A stretch of 64,000 nucleotides of DNA from Syntrophorhabdales bacterium (GCA_035315185.1 DATFYE010000002.1:11249-75248); one strand, 5' to 3'. Shown: positions 16,667-26,955, counted from the stretch's first letter. Translations and numbers: made by a program. Notes: generated by a model not told the origin, from the letters alone.

Positions 16667-18127
16667 ATGGGTGGTGCACACGCGATGAACCTGTCACCCG
16701 GTTTTGGCACGACAGATGCAGGGCTTTGTCTATCCTGCCGTTGTGGGGAAAATAGATTGGGACAGCTTATTCAAATCTCGCAGAAGCGAAGGTGGGCTGT
16801 CGGCGGACGCTATAGAACAGAGACTATGTGCACGTTACCTAGCATTGAAATAAGTAACCGATTCAAAGTCCATTTCAGAATAGCTGGCCCCGTGGTAAGC
16901 CTCCTCGTTCTCGTTATCACCCTTTTTTTGACGAACACATGGTTCAATTATAACGACGCAATCGAAATAATGGGTGCCGATGATACCGTGAGCTATAGGG
17001 CGCTTGCGGAGGCTTGGCCGGGCTTGCCTGCCGATACGCTGCCGTTTCATCGTGCTCAGCGGCTGGCTATCCCATTTGCGCTGGGTGGCATAGCCAGTGT
17101 GACCGGTTGCTCTCTGGAGGCCGTATTTCTCGGTGCAACGTTATTATCCTGTGCGGTGATTCTGCTTTTGATGTACAGGATTTTCGTCTTTCTGTCGCTT
17201 TCGATTGCACAACGCCTGTTTTTGTTCGCCCTTCTTGTCTTCAACCCTTTTATCTTCCGCCCTTACCTGGCAGCACCATTTATGGTGGTAGATTTGGTAT
17301 TTGTTGTTGGCCTCAGTCTCTTGCTCTGGGGTTTATTGACAAATCGGCATACGCCAGTGGCTCTGGGGATAGCAGTGGCGGCGCTGGGACGCCAAACGGC
17401 GATGGCGATACTGCCGGTTATCGTGGTGTGGTTTGTTACACAGAAACCTGGAAAGCCAGACCGCCTGAAGAGTCTGCCTTTTATGTTATTGATCTCGGTA
17501 GAGGCTGTGGCCATTTATTGCATCACGGGTCTCTTAGCGTCCGAGATTAGTGAAAGGAATGAGAATCTCGAGCATTTGACAGGCCTATTCTATTGGTTTG
17601 CGAATTGGTCTCCCGGGGGATTACCGGTTCTTCTTGAGTTTGTTTTTCGCGGACTCAGCTCGTCTACAGCGACCTTAATGATCTTGGGGATAGTTTATTG
17701 GCGAAGCAGAAAGCAGATTGCTTTGCCTGCGCGTTTCTGGCTTTTGTTGCTGCTTGTCGGATCGATCTGGGCGCAGCCGTTTCTGGCCGGCCCCGACATA
17801 ACCGGTGGCAATACGGTTCGCCTTTGCGCTCTGGGATTCGTTCCGCTATTGACCGCAGTTGGCGTTGTACTGAGCCATAGCCGGCTGCTTTCAGAGGTAA
17901 ACTCACCATCGCTTATGGTACTGACTTTTTTGATTATTGCGGGGTCGTTCCATCACCTGACCAGCAAGGTGGGCGAGGCCTTACATTACGGAATGGCAGG
18001 TTTCGCAGTAGTACACTGCGTGCTGGCGACCCTCACGGGAATCGTTGTCTTTCTCCTGAGCCAACCCCAGCCCGATGCCTCAAGAACACAGCAAGCGCGG
18101 GAAAGCACCAGAGAACGTGCCGGATGA
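16667..18127 (+). CDS. Polytopic integral membrane protein, function unknown (GT-C-like glycosyltransferase architecture possible)
   Basis: 486-aa track ORF with more than 10 hydrophobic helices. The true start is probably internal. No catalytic motif recognised. Confidence 0.5.
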   Translation: MGGAHAMNLSPGFGTTDAGLCLSCRCGENRLGQLIQISQKRRWAVGGRYRTETMCTLPSIEISNRFKVHFRIAGPVVSLLVLVITLFLTNTWFNYNDAIEIMGADDTVSYRALAEAWPGLPADTLPFHRAQRLAIPFALGGIASVTGCSLEAVFLGATLLSCAVILLLMYRIFVFLSLSIAQRLFLFALLVFNPFIFRPYLAAPFMVVDLVFVVGLSLLLWGLLTNRHTPVALGIAVAALGRQTAMAILPVIVVWFVTQKPGKPDRLKSLPFMLLISVEAVAIYCITGLLASEISERNENLEHLTGLFYWFANWSPGGLPVLLEFVFRGLSSSTATLMILGIVYWRSRKQIALPARFWLLLLLVGSIWAQPFLAGPDITGGNTVRLCALGFVPLLTAVGVVLSHSRLLSEVNSPSLMVLTFLIIAGSFHHLTSKVGEALHYGMAGFAVVHCVLATLTGIVVFLLSQPQPDASRTQQARESTRERAG

Positions 18128-18389
18128 TTAGCTTTAGTTACCTATTTTATCCGGAAATGTGGAATCTTCACAAGGTCATGTCGGCGCTGCATTTGAGCAA
18201 CTGACGATCCCGTTAAACCATCATAGGCCAGCGATGGTGGCCAAGGTTTCGATCCCTGTTCGGGCCGTTTATTCGTGCACCGTTACTCCTTTCACCCGGT
18301 TCATATATAATTAACGCATTATTCACCGTTTCTTAACACGAGCGTGATATAAAGCCTGAAACTAAGCCCAACCAGTGAAGGAGCAGACT

Positions 18390-20093
18390 ATGAAGAGGTT
18401 CTCCAACTTCACGGTAATATGCGCGCTGTTGTTCGCGGTGCTCTTAGGGACCACCAGCGCTCTTGCCGACGCCTGGAAGTTCGCGGTCATGGGCGATACC
18501 CAGTGGACGTGCCCAACTGATCCGGCGGGGCAGAACCCCAACGGCGTCCCAGTTTCGATCATCAACCAGATCAACCGACGGCTCATCGAGCAGGGCGTCA
18601 AGTTCGTCGTCCAGGTGGGAGACCTGACCGAGAACGGCAACGACGCTGGCATAGTAGTAAGGGCACGTGCGGCACAGCAGCTCTACACCGCGGGCATCGG
18701 CTTCTTCCCCATGCGCGGCAACCACGAGACGTCTGCAAAGCCCGATGGCAGCAATAGCTTTGCGATACCGGCTATTCAGAGCAACTTCCCACAGACACGC
18801 GGAGTCAGCAACGCTTTCGGCGCGACGAATTTCAGCAGCCCCACTGCGGTCAGTGCCGACCTCGATGGCATGAGTTATTCTTTTGACTATGGCAACGCCC
18901 GTTTCGTGATTATCGATAATTGGGCAACGCCCAGCAAAAGAGTCGACGCGGCCGACTACCGCTATGGCTACTCTATTGCAGATCAGCAGAGCTGGATCAG
19001 TAACCGTCTTAATAAGAACACACGGGGCACGACGCACGCCTTTGTTTTCTCCCATCAGAACCTCATAGGAGAAAACCACCAGGATTCGATCTTCACGGGC
19101 TACACGAATGAGAAGCCGGCTATGCAGAACGACTTTCTAGCGAGTCTTATGAACAACGACGTCAAGTACTATATCAGCGGCCACGACCATATCCATCAGC
19201 GTTCCATCGTGGCCAGCCCGGACGGCAGTTCCAAAGTCGAGGAGCTCATCGCAGCTCCCAACAGCAGCAAGTTCTACACGCCCAAGTCCCTGACCGACGG
19301 CAAGTGGTACGGCCAGAAAAGCCGCGAAACCTCTCTTTCCCAAGAAATGTACACGATCGGTTACTATATCTACACCGTTGACGGGCCCCGCGTGACCGTC
19401 GATTACTACTCGGACGACCATGGCAACTGGGCATCCGACAAGTGCTACCCTGACGGCACAACGCCCCAGTCATGCACGGTGGCCGGTAACCACATTACCC
19501 CCACGTTCAACTTCGTGAAGAAGGAAACCTGGGGGTACAGCCAGAATGGTAAGGAAATTCTGGTGCCTCAGGGAGGAAGCTACGTGTTGACCGATGACAC
19601 ATCCGGAGCCGCTGCGAACGGCGAATCGGGTTATGGGCGCACAACGGCCAAGATCCTGAGCGGTACCAACGGCAGTGTCAAAAAGGATTACAACGACCGG
19701 CAATTGACCAAGCCCGTCGATACCGGGTGGGCACCCAAAGACAACAATCTCCTTGCAAGCGATATCTTTACGCTCTGGGGTATGGCCGATTTGGGTGCCG
19801 GCAAGACCGATGCCTATGTCCTTTTCATAACGTACGACCCGCATCTGGCCAAGCATCCCGGCAAGGGCAGTTTCGGCATTGGCGCCAAAGACGTCAAAAG
19901 CACCTGGGTCAATGCCGTTAACAACAACGTCGGCGGGACCAAGAAGTTTGTAAAAGGCCCATGGAAGTCGAGCTATGGTCTCGGCACCTACGGTGTCGAC
20001 CGGCGAACGAAAACCGCATGGGCGGTCGTGAACTACAATGCCAGTTTTGCAGTCGCCAACGGAATTGAGCCGGCACCCGGTCATGGGAAGTAG
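18390..20093 (+). CDS. Secreted calcineurin-like metallophosphoesterase with a large C-terminal extension
   Basis: Track ORF 18375..20093. ATG 18390 (SD GAAGGAG). Signal peptide ending SALADA. Motifs FAVMGDTQW, VQVGDLTENG, MRGNHE, YISGHDHIH. Confidence 0.8.
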   Translation: MKRFSNFTVICALLFAVLLGTTSALADAWKFAVMGDTQWTCPTDPAGQNPNGVPVSIINQINRRLIEQGVKFVVQVGDLTENGNDAGIVVRARAAQQLYTAGIGFFPMRGNHETSAKPDGSNSFAIPAIQSNFPQTRGVSNAFGATNFSSPTAVSADLDGMSYSFDYGNARFVIIDNWATPSKRVDAADYRYGYSIADQQSWISNRLNKNTRGTTHAFVFSHQNLIGENHQDSIFTGYTNEKPAMQNDFLASLMNNDVKYYISGHDHIHQRSIVASPDGSSKVEELIAAPNSSKFYTPKSLTDGKWYGQKSRETSLSQEMYTIGYYIYTVDGPRVTVDYYSDDHGNWASDKCYPDGTTPQSCTVAGNHITPTFNFVKKETWGYSQNGKEILVPQGGSYVLTDDTSGAAANGESGYGRTTAKILSGTNGSVKKDYNDRQLTKPVDTGWAPKDNNLLASDIFTLWGMADLGAGKTDAYVLFITYDPHLAKHPGKGSFGIGAKDVKSTWVNAVNNNVGGTKKFVKGPWKSSYGLGTYGVDRRTKTAWAVVNYNASFAVANGIEPAPGHGK

Positions 20094-20192
20094 AGATTCT
20101 GGAGGCAGTCATCGGCTTGAGGATAACGGCGCAGAGCGCTTCCTCGAGATGACTTTAGGGTCCATCCGCAATCCGCTGTCGTTCTCCTTCGA

Positions 20193-20237
20193 GTAGTGTC
20201 CTAATAAGGGATGGGATAAAGCAAATTAGGACACTAC
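20193..20237. repeat. 13-bp perfect inverted repeat (19-nt spacer) just upstream of the aspS promoter
   Basis: GTAGTGTCCTAAT (20193-20205) and ATTAGGACACTAC (20225-20237). Confidence 0.6.
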
Positions 20238-20253
20238 CGCAGCGCCTCGGCCC

Positions 20254-20283
20254 TTGACTTACAAAGGGTTTCGCCTTTATAAT
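20254..20283 (+). promoter_or_regulatory. Sigma-70 promoter candidate for aspS and the downstream block
   Basis: TTGACT (20254-20259), 18-nt spacer, TATAAT (20278-20283), 25 nt before ATG 20308. Confidence 0.45.
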
Positions 20284-20307
20284 AATGCTCCTTAATCGGG
20301 GGCAATC

Positions 20308-22065
20308 ATGCGACATACTGAGTGTGGAAGGCTTACTTCAGGGGATATAGGTCGGGACGTTGTACTCGCCGGGTGGGTATTCAGACGACGTGATCACGGA
20401 GGCCTCATCTTCGCGGACCTGCGCGATGTGACGGGCATTACCCAAGTGGTTTTCTCTCCTGAGATCGCGCCTCAAGCACACGCTGCCGCGCACGAGATCA
20501 AGCAGGAGTATGTCGTAAGGGTGGAGGGCAGCGTCTCGCAGAGGCCGGAAGGGACTGAGAACAAGGATCTTCCGACCGGTCAGATAGAGGTCTACGTCAG
20601 AACGCTCGAGATACTCAACACCTGCAAACCTCTTCCCTTTCAGTTGGAAGAGGACGAGGAGCCCAATGAATCACTCCGTCTGAAGTACCGCTATATTGAT
20701 ATGCGCAGGCCGCAGGTGCAGAAGGTCTTTGTGGAGCGCAGCCGGGCCCTGCAGGTCTTGAGAAATTTTCTGGTTTCCCAGGGCTTTTTCGAGATTGAAA
20801 CACCTTTTCTCACGAAGAGCACACCTGAAGGGGCAAGGGACTTTATTGTGCCCAGCAGGCTTAACGCGGGCCAGTTCTACGCCCTTCCACAGTCGCCGCA
20901 ACTGTTCAAGCAGATATTGATGGTTGCCGGGTTCGACAGATACTTTCAGCTCGTGCGCTGTTTCAGAGACGAAGATCTAAGGGCAGACAGACAGCCCGAG
21001 TTCACCCAGTTGGATCTCGAGATGAGCTTTGTCGATGTTGATGATGTGGTGACAGTCAGCGAAGGTATCATAAAAGTAGTCTTTGAGTCGCTGCAGGGCA
21101 AACCGTTGCAAACACCGTTTATACGAATGGATTTTGACGAAGCGATGGAACGCTACGGCACGGACAAGCCGGACCTGCGCTTCCAACTTCCCATGGTTGA
21201 ACTCACGCATATCTTCCAACAGACCGACTTCGGCGTTTTCAAGAAGGTCTGCTCAGACGGGGGCGCGATCAAGGCAATAACGCTGCGAGGCCGGACCCTT
21301 TCAAGAAAAGATCTCGACGACGCAGTGGACATGGCAAAGGGTATGGGCGCCGGCGGGCTCATATGGATGAGAAGAGACGCGGGGAAGCTTCAGTCGCCTG
21401 TCGTGAAGTTCCTATCGGAAGTAGAGATAACGGGCATTGATCGGGCGTGCGACCTTCATGACGGGGACGTGCTCTTTGTCATGGCTGACGCCAGAGACAA
21501 GGTGAATGAATTGATGGGGAAGTTCCGCCTCTACCTGGGCACGAAGTATGACCTGGTGAACAAAGATACCTTTTCATTTCTCTGGGTCGTGAATTTTCCT
21601 CTTCTGGAATACAGCGATGAGGAGAAGCGTTACGTGGCGCGCCATCATCCTTTTACATCGGCAAAAAATTCTATCGTCGATTTCTCCGGTGATCTGGGAT
21701 TGATACGCGCGAACGCTTACGATCTCGTGCTTAACGGGGTCGAGATCGGCGGTGGCAGCATCAGGAATTATCGGAGAGATGAGCAGATGGCCATGTTTCG
21801 GCTTTTGCAGATCGACGAGGAACAGGCTAGTGAGCAGTTTGGTTTTCTGCTGGAAGCCCTGGAAATGGGCGCGCCTCCGCACGGCGGGATCGCTTTTGGT
21901 TTTGATCGGATACTCATGATGCTCATGGGGTTGGAGAGTATACGGGATGTGATCCCTTTTCCCAAGACACAGAAGGGCACATGCCTTCTATCAGGGGCAC
22001 CGGCCAGGGTTTCGCAGAAGCAGTTGAACGAACTGAAGATCAGGACGGTTACGGTTAAGGAGTAA
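20308..22065 (+). CDS. aspS: Aspartyl-tRNA synthetase
   Basis: 585 aa. OB-fold N-terminus (VVLAGWVFRRRDHGGLIFADLRDVTG), class II motifs (FRDEDLRADRQPEFTQLD, GGGSIR, GIAFGFDR). Confidence 0.95.
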   Translation: MRHTECGRLTSGDIGRDVVLAGWVFRRRDHGGLIFADLRDVTGITQVVFSPEIAPQAHAAAHEIKQEYVVRVEGSVSQRPEGTENKDLPTGQIEVYVRTLEILNTCKPLPFQLEEDEEPNESLRLKYRYIDMRRPQVQKVFVERSRALQVLRNFLVSQGFFEIETPFLTKSTPEGARDFIVPSRLNAGQFYALPQSPQLFKQILMVAGFDRYFQLVRCFRDEDLRADRQPEFTQLDLEMSFVDVDDVVTVSEGIIKVVFESLQGKPLQTPFIRMDFDEAMERYGTDKPDLRFQLPMVELTHIFQQTDFGVFKKVCSDGGAIKAITLRGRTLSRKDLDDAVDMAKGMGAGGLIWMRRDAGKLQSPVVKFLSEVEITGIDRACDLHDGDVLFVMADARDKVNELMGKFRLYLGTKYDLVNKDTFSFLWVVNFPLLEYSDEEKRYVARHHPFTSAKNSIVDFSGDLGLIRANAYDLVLNGVEIGGGSIRNYRRDEQMAMFRLLQIDEEQASEQFGFLLEALEMGAPPHGGIAFGFDRILMMLMGLESIRDVIPFPKTQKGTCLLSGAPARVSQKQLNELKIRTVTVKE

Positions 22066-22076
22066 AAAGAGGGAGG

Positions 22077-23891
22077 ATGGCAGTGAAGAAGAGCAAAGGT
22101 TTTATCTTCAAGAACATCGTCAAGAATACGAAATATCCCTTGATCGATGTGGAGCAGCCGGAACTCTTTCGGAGCATATTTCCTTACACCGAGATGGTAA
22201 AAGTAAATTTCGACCACAAGATCGAGCTGATTGATCCGCCGGATGAAATCTACATCACGGACACGACGTTCAGAGACGGCCAACAGGCGCGTCCGCCCTT
22301 TACGGTTCAACAGATCGAAGACCTTTACGATTTTCTGCACCGTCTTGGCGGGCCACACGGTGTCATCAGGCAGTCGGAGTTTTTTCTCTACACGGATAAG
22401 GACAGGGAAGCAGTAGAGCGGTGTCTGGAGAAGGGCTACAAGTACCCTGAGATTACCGGATGGGTGAGGGCCAACAAAGAAGACCTGAAACTCGTTAAGG
22501 AGATGGGACTCAGGGAGACCGGCATTCTTACGAGCGCTTCGGATTACCACATTTTTCTCAAACTGAAAAAGACGAGGTCTGCGGTTTTCCGGGATTACAT
22601 AAAGATTGTGGAGAATGCACTGGAACATGAGATCATCCCGCGCTGTCACTTTGAAGACATAACGAGGGCCGATATATACGGGTTTTGCGTTCCCTTCGCC
22701 CAAGCGCTGATGACCATCTCCGAGGATGCAAAGGTGCCGATAAAGATCAGACTGTGTGACACGCTAGGCCTCGGCATAACCTATCCCGGTTCAGCGCTTC
22801 CCCGCTCCATAGGGAAAATCATCAGGGCCATGATCGACGACGCAGGTGTGCCTTCTGAATGCCTCGAATGGCACGGTCACAACGACTTTTACAAGGGATT
22901 TATCGGCGCGGTGAGCGCCTGGCTGTATGGGTGTACGTTCGTGAACGGCACATTACTCGGCATAGGGGAAAGAACCGGCAACACACCGATAGAGGGACTC
23001 ATCATGGAATACATTTCCCTCGCAGGTGAGGATAATGGCTGCGATACCACGGTAATTACCGAAGTGAGGAACTACTTCGAAAAGGAGTTAGGACAGCACA
23101 TCCCGCGAAATCAACCTCTCGTGGGTTCTGATTTCAATGCTACGTCGGCTGGTGTCCACATAGACGGGCTCGCCAAGAACGAGGAGATTTACTCATCCTT
23201 CGACACAAAGAGGATCCTCAACAGGACCCTCACGATAAACATTACTGATAAATCGGGCCTCTCAGGCATCGCCCACTGGATAAACGCTCACTTTGCGCTC
23301 ACGGGACAGGACAAGATAGAGAAGACCCATCCGAGTGTTGCGAGGATCAATAAGTCGATCGTGCAACGGTACGAACAGGGCAGGATAACCTGTATGTCAG
23401 ATGAGGAAATGGAGCATCTCGTGCGTCGATACATGCCTCAAATATTCCCGTCTGAATTTGATATCTTGAAGAAGCGGGCTTTCGACATGGCAGCCCACCT
23501 CATCGAGCGGTTTATCGAGGATACGGGAGTCAAGAGCATGATGCCGGAAAAGCAGGAAGATGTGTTGAAGGGACTCGTGGAAGAGTTCCCCTACATACAG
23601 TTTGCGTATGTTGTCAATGCCGAGGGCGTAAAGGTAACGAGAAACATTACGCAGGTTGTTGACAAGGCAAAGTACGCCAAAATAGACTTGCACGAGGATT
23701 TTTCGGACAGAGAATGGTTCATAAACCCGATGAAGACAGGCAAAGTGAGCGTGACATCCCTTTACACATCGCGCATCACGGGCGCTCTATGCGTGACTGT
23801 TTCCGGACCGATTCGGGATGACACGGGGGAGATCCTGGGAATTCTGGGACTCGACATACGGTTCGAAGATTTGACCAGAGCTGAGGAATAA
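22077..23891 (+). CDS. IPMS/homocitrate/citramalate-synthase-family (HMGL-like) enzyme, candidate Re-citrate synthase, with a Cache/PAS-like C-terminal domain
   Basis: 604 aa. Catalytic TIM-barrel signature [18 protein letters not shown]-terminal ~160 aa with FSDREWF...[39 protein letters not shown] 22083 is an alternative start. Confidence 0.8.
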   Translation: MAVKKSKGFIFKNIVKNTKYPLIDVEQPELFRSIFPYTEMVKVNFDHKIELIDPPDEIYITDTTFRDGQQARPPFTVQQIEDLYDFLHRLGGPHGVIRQSEFFLYTDKDREAVERCLEKGYKYPEITGWVRANKEDLKLVKEMGLRETGILTSASDYHIFLKLKKTRSAVFRDYIKIVENALEHEIIPRCHFEDITRADIYGFCVPFAQALMTISEDAKVPIKIRLCDTLGLGITYPGSALPRSIGKIIRAMIDDAGVPSECLEWHGHNDFYKGFIGAVSAWLYGCTFVNGTLLGIGERTGNTPIEGLIMEYISLAGEDNGCDTTVITEVRNYFEKELGQHIPRNQPLVGSDFNATSAGVHIDGLAKNEEIYSSFDTKRILNRTLTINITDKSGLSGIAHWINAHFALTGQDKIEKTHPSVARINKSIVQRYEQGRITCMSDEEMEHLVRRYMPQIFPSEFDILKKRAFDMAAHLIERFIEDTGVKSMMPEKQEDVLKGLVEEFPYIQFAYVVNAEGVKVTRNITQVVDKAKYAKIDLHEDFSDREWFINPMKTGKVSVTSLYTSRITGALCVTVSGPIRDDTGEILGILGLDIRFEDLTRAEE

Positions 23892-23903
23892 TGATGGAAG
23901 GCT

Positions 23904-24053
23904 CGATTCGGATTCATGCGGAGACCGAGGCGGCAGTGAGGAGCCCCACCCGCAAGCGGGTACCCGGGTGTACTCAGAAGTACGTCGAGGAGAGCGACGC
24001 AGCACACCCGCCGGGGGCGGGTACCCGGAAGGTATACACATGAAGGCGAATCG
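23904..24053 (+). repeat. Intergenic repeat family, copy A (two GC-hairpin modules), inside the synthase/LeuC-like gap
   Basis: Inverted termini CGATTCGGATTCATG / CATGAAGGCGAATCG. Core blocks GAGGCGGCAGTGAGGAGC, GTACT-CAGA-AGTAC and GTCGAGGAGAGCGACGCAGC are shared with copies B and C. Confidence 0.8.
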
Positions 24054-25311
24054 GGGAAAGACGTTAGCGGAAAAGATACTGAGCATGAGAAGCGGTCTCG
24101 ACGCCCACCAGGGCGAATCGGTGATCGCGCGCGTTGACAGGATACTGCTGCAGGATGGCACAGGCCCACTTGCCACAAGGGAGTTCAAGGCCATAGGGTT
24201 CAAAAAGCTGTTTGACGGTGAGCGGGTAAATTTCTTTCTTGATCACGCATCGCCAAGTCCTCGCCTGGAGCTCTCGAACGATCACATGCTGATCCGGAAA
24301 TTTGCCGAAGATTTTGGCGCACGAGTCTACGACGTCGGGGAGGGCATATCGCATCAGGTGATGGCTGAAGCGCATGTTTCCCCGGGAGAGGTGCTCATCG
24401 GGTCCGACTCTCATACGTGCACGGGTGGAGCGCTCTGCGCTTTTTCTACGGGTATGGGCTCCACGGATGTGGCCGTGGCCATGGGTCTTGGGGAGACATG
24501 GTTCAGGGTACCGGAGACTCTCAGGTTCGAACTCTCAGGTACCTTTCAGAAAGGTGTCTGCTCAAAAGATCTGATGCTCTCAATAATCGGTATGATCGGC
24601 GCAGACGGAGCTACCTATAAGTCAATGGAATTCGCAGGAGACGGAGTCAGCCGTATGGGTATGGAGCAAAGGCTTACTATGTCCAATATGGCGGTGGAAG
24701 CCGGTGCAAAAGTCGGCTTGTTCCCATCTGATGCGGTTACCAGGGAGTATCTCAAGGAGAACGGGAGAGAGAAGGCGTATACCGCTATGGAACCCGACGT
24801 TGACGCAGTGTACGAAAAAGTTTTCCGGATTGATCTTGCCTCTCTTCTTCCGACGGTGAGCCTGCCGCATCATGTGGACAACACGAAGACCCTGGATGAT
24901 GTTTCTCTCAGAGACAAGCGTGTTGACCAAGTCTTTATCGGAACCTGCACGAACGGTAGGATCGAGGATCTCCGCATTGCGGCAGGCATTCTAAAGGGAA
25001 AGAAGAAAGCAAAAGGCGTGAGACTGATCATCTGCCCGGCGTCCCAACGAGTCTATGCTCAGGCCCTTGCGGAAGGCCTGTTTACGGGCCTCGTGGAGGC
25101 CGGTGCTGTGATTCTCCCGCCGGGCTGCGGCCCGTGCATAGGCGTCCACGGCGGAGTGCCCGGCAATGGAGAGGTCACTGTTTCAACGGCAAACAGGAAT
25201 TTTCTTGGTAGGATGGGCAACCCGGATTCTGAAATCATCCTTGCCTCGCCTGCAACAGCCGCTGCCAGCGCCTTGTCTGGAAGACTCGTGGATCCGCGGG
25301 AGGTCTTCTGA
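24040..25311 (+). CDS. Aconitase-superfamily dehydratase large subunit (LeuC/HacA type); aconitase role suggested by context
   Basis: Track ORF 23968..25311. ATG 24040 preferred (SD GGAAGG 7 nt upstream; [14 protein letters not shown]). Fe-S ligand region [12 protein letters not shown]...GTCTNGR...PGCGPCIG. Confidence 0.85.
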   Translation: MKANRGKTLAEKILSMRSGLDAHQGESVIARVDRILLQDGTGPLATREFKAIGFKKLFDGERVNFFLDHASPSPRLELSNDHMLIRKFAEDFGARVYDVGEGISHQVMAEAHVSPGEVLIGSDSHTCTGGALCAFSTGMGSTDVAVAMGLGETWFRVPETLRFELSGTFQKGVCSKDLMLSIIGMIGADGATYKSMEFAGDGVSRMGMEQRLTMSNMAVEAGAKVGLFPSDAVTREYLKENGREKAYTAMEPDVDAVYEKVFRIDLASLLPTVSLPHHVDNTKTLDDVSLRDKRVDQVFIGTCTNGRIEDLRIAAGILKGKKKAKGVRLIICPASQRVYAQALAEGLFTGLVEAGAVILPPGCGPCIGVHGGVPGNGEVTVSTANRNFLGRMGNPDSEIILASPATAAASALSGRLVDPREVF

Positions 25312-25805
25312 TGGTTATGAAGGGTAGGGCGTGGTCGTTTGGTGACAATATCTCGACGGACCAGATTATTCCCGGGCGATTCTTCCACCTCAGGTCGGAT
25401 CTGAATGAGCTGGCCAAGCACGTATTTGCGGATATTGCGCCCGGTTTTCATGAGAAGGCGCAAGAAGGCGACATCATTGTAGGCGGGCAGAATTTCGGAC
25501 TTGGGTCGAGCAGGGAGCATGCCCCGATCGTTATAAAGCGGGCAGGAATAAGCGCTGTGGTGGCCAAGTCATTCGCCCGGATCTTTTATCGAAATGCGAT
25601 CAACGTGGGTCTCGCTGCCATCATCTGTGATGTGGATGGTATAGACCAGGGAGACGAATTGGTGGTGAAGATACATGAAGGGTTGCTCATGGATAAGACA
25701 AAGGGCCTGGAAAAGCGCTTTAATCCTCTTCCTGCAATCATGCAAGAGATCCTGAACCAGGGCGGGCTTGTCAATTACATCAAGAAGCAGGGAGGCTTTC
25801 GCTAA
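25311..25805 (+). CDS. Aconitase-superfamily dehydratase small subunit (LeuD/HacB type)
   Basis: 164 aa. GDNISTDQIIPGRF, GQNFGLGSSREHAP. TGATG overlap with the large subunit. Confidence 0.85.
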   Translation: MVMKGRAWSFGDNISTDQIIPGRFFHLRSDLNELAKHVFADIAPGFHEKAQEGDIIVGGQNFGLGSSREHAPIVIKRAGISAVVAKSFARIFYRNAINVGLAAIICDVDGIDQGDELVVKIHEGLLMDKTKGLEKRFNPLPAIMQEILNQGGLVNYIKKQGGFR

Positions 25806-25806
25806 C

Positions 25807-26955
25807 GTGGCAGAGCGCGTTCTAGTTCTTTATATTCAGGGAGACGCGGTAGGTGCGGACATCTGGGCTGCTTCGCACGAAGTCTTCGAGGAGGCCGTGC
25901 GCAAGGCTTACGGAGGAGCAAAGCGCATCGAGTGGATGGAGCTGGTCGCGGGAGAGAAGTCTTTGGCCAGGGAAGGAGTTCTTCTGCCGGAAAGCACGCT
26001 CACCAGTATCCGGCAGCACAAAGTGGCCCTGAAGGGTCCGCTCACAACGCCGGTGGGCGGCGGCTTCCGCAGTATCAATGTTTTTCTGAGACAGATATTC
26101 GATCTCTACGCATGCGTGCGGCCGGTGAGATACTTTGACGGACTTCCCAGCCCGCTCAAGCATCCGGAGCATGTTGATTTTGTCATCCTCCGTGAGAACA
26201 CGGAAGATGTTTACAGAGGAATCGAGTGGGAAGAGGGGACGAGAGAGGCCCGGGACATACTCACCTTTCTGAGAGAGCAGGTGAATGTCGTGCTTCCCGG
26301 TGACACGGGCTTAGGGCTGAAGCCTATAAGCAGGGGCAGCACGAGGCGCTTTGCAAAGTGGGCCATCGAGTACGCGATCAGGAATGGAAGAAGGGCCATC
26401 ACCGTGGTTCACAAGGGCAACATCATGAAATATACTGAAGGGGCGTTTCGGAAGTGGGCCTATGAAGTAGCAGAGGAGCATACGAAATGGCTGACCTTTG
26501 ATCACGAGGAGGGCAAGATCCGCTTCAACGACAGAATCGCGGACAACATGTTCATGCAGGCAATCCTGCGCCCCGAGGAGTATGATATCCTGCTCTGCCC
26601 GAATCTGAATGGTGATTACCTATCGGACGCATGTGCTGCTTTAATCGGTGGACTGGGCGTGGCGCCCGGCGCCAACATAGGCGATGAGATCGCGATATTC
26701 GAGCCTACCCATGGCAGCGCCCCGAAGTATGCAGGTAAGGACATGGTAAATCCCACATCCTTCATTCTCTCAGGTTGCATGCTCTTTCGCCACATCGACC
26801 TTCCAGAGGCGGCCAATCTTGTTGAGCGCAGCCTCGAAGCCACGATAAAAGCCGGATGTATGACCTACGACCTGGCGCGTCAGATGGAAGGAATAAGGCC
26901 TGTCTCGTGCTCGAGGTTTGGCCGCGAAGTAACAGAAAGGATAGCAAAAACGTGA
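25807..26955 (+). CDS. icd: NADP-type isocitrate dehydrogenase
   Basis: Track ORF 25768..26955. GTG 25807 follows the LeuD-like stop directly. SINVFLRQIFDLYACVRPVRYFDGLPSPLKHPEHVDFVILRENTEDVY closely parallels E. coli Icd. NLNGDYLSDA. Confidence 0.9.
   Translation: MAERVLVLYIQGDAVGADIWAASHEVFEEAVRKAYGGAKRIEWMELVAGEKSLAREGVLLPESTLTSIRQHKVALKGPLTTPVGGGFRSINVFLRQIFDLYACVRPVRYFDGLPSPLKHPEHVDFVILRENTEDVYRGIEWEEGTREARDILTFLREQVNVVLPGDTGLGLKPISRGSTRRFAKWAIEYAIRNGRRAITVVHKGNIMKYTEGAFRKWAYEVAEEHTKWLTFDHEEGKIRFNDRIADNMFMQAILRPEEYDILLCPNLNGDYLSDACAALIGGLGVAPGANIGDEIAIFEPTHGSAPKYAGKDMVNPTSFILSGCMLFRHIDLPEAANLVERSLEATIKAGCMTYDLARQMEGIRPVSCSRFGREVTERIAKT

Noticed and set aside
23968-24039. The upstream extension of the LeuC-like ORF ([24 protein letters not shown]...), and ORFs 23762..24178 (-), 23787..24203 (-) and 43767..43982 (-) that cross repeat copies.
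   Set aside because: These frames simply read through the intergenic repeat. The similar peptides (…[13 protein letters not shown]…) arise from the repeated DNA rather than from a conserved gene, and the frames are not maintained between copies. ATG 24040, with its SD, is the credible start.
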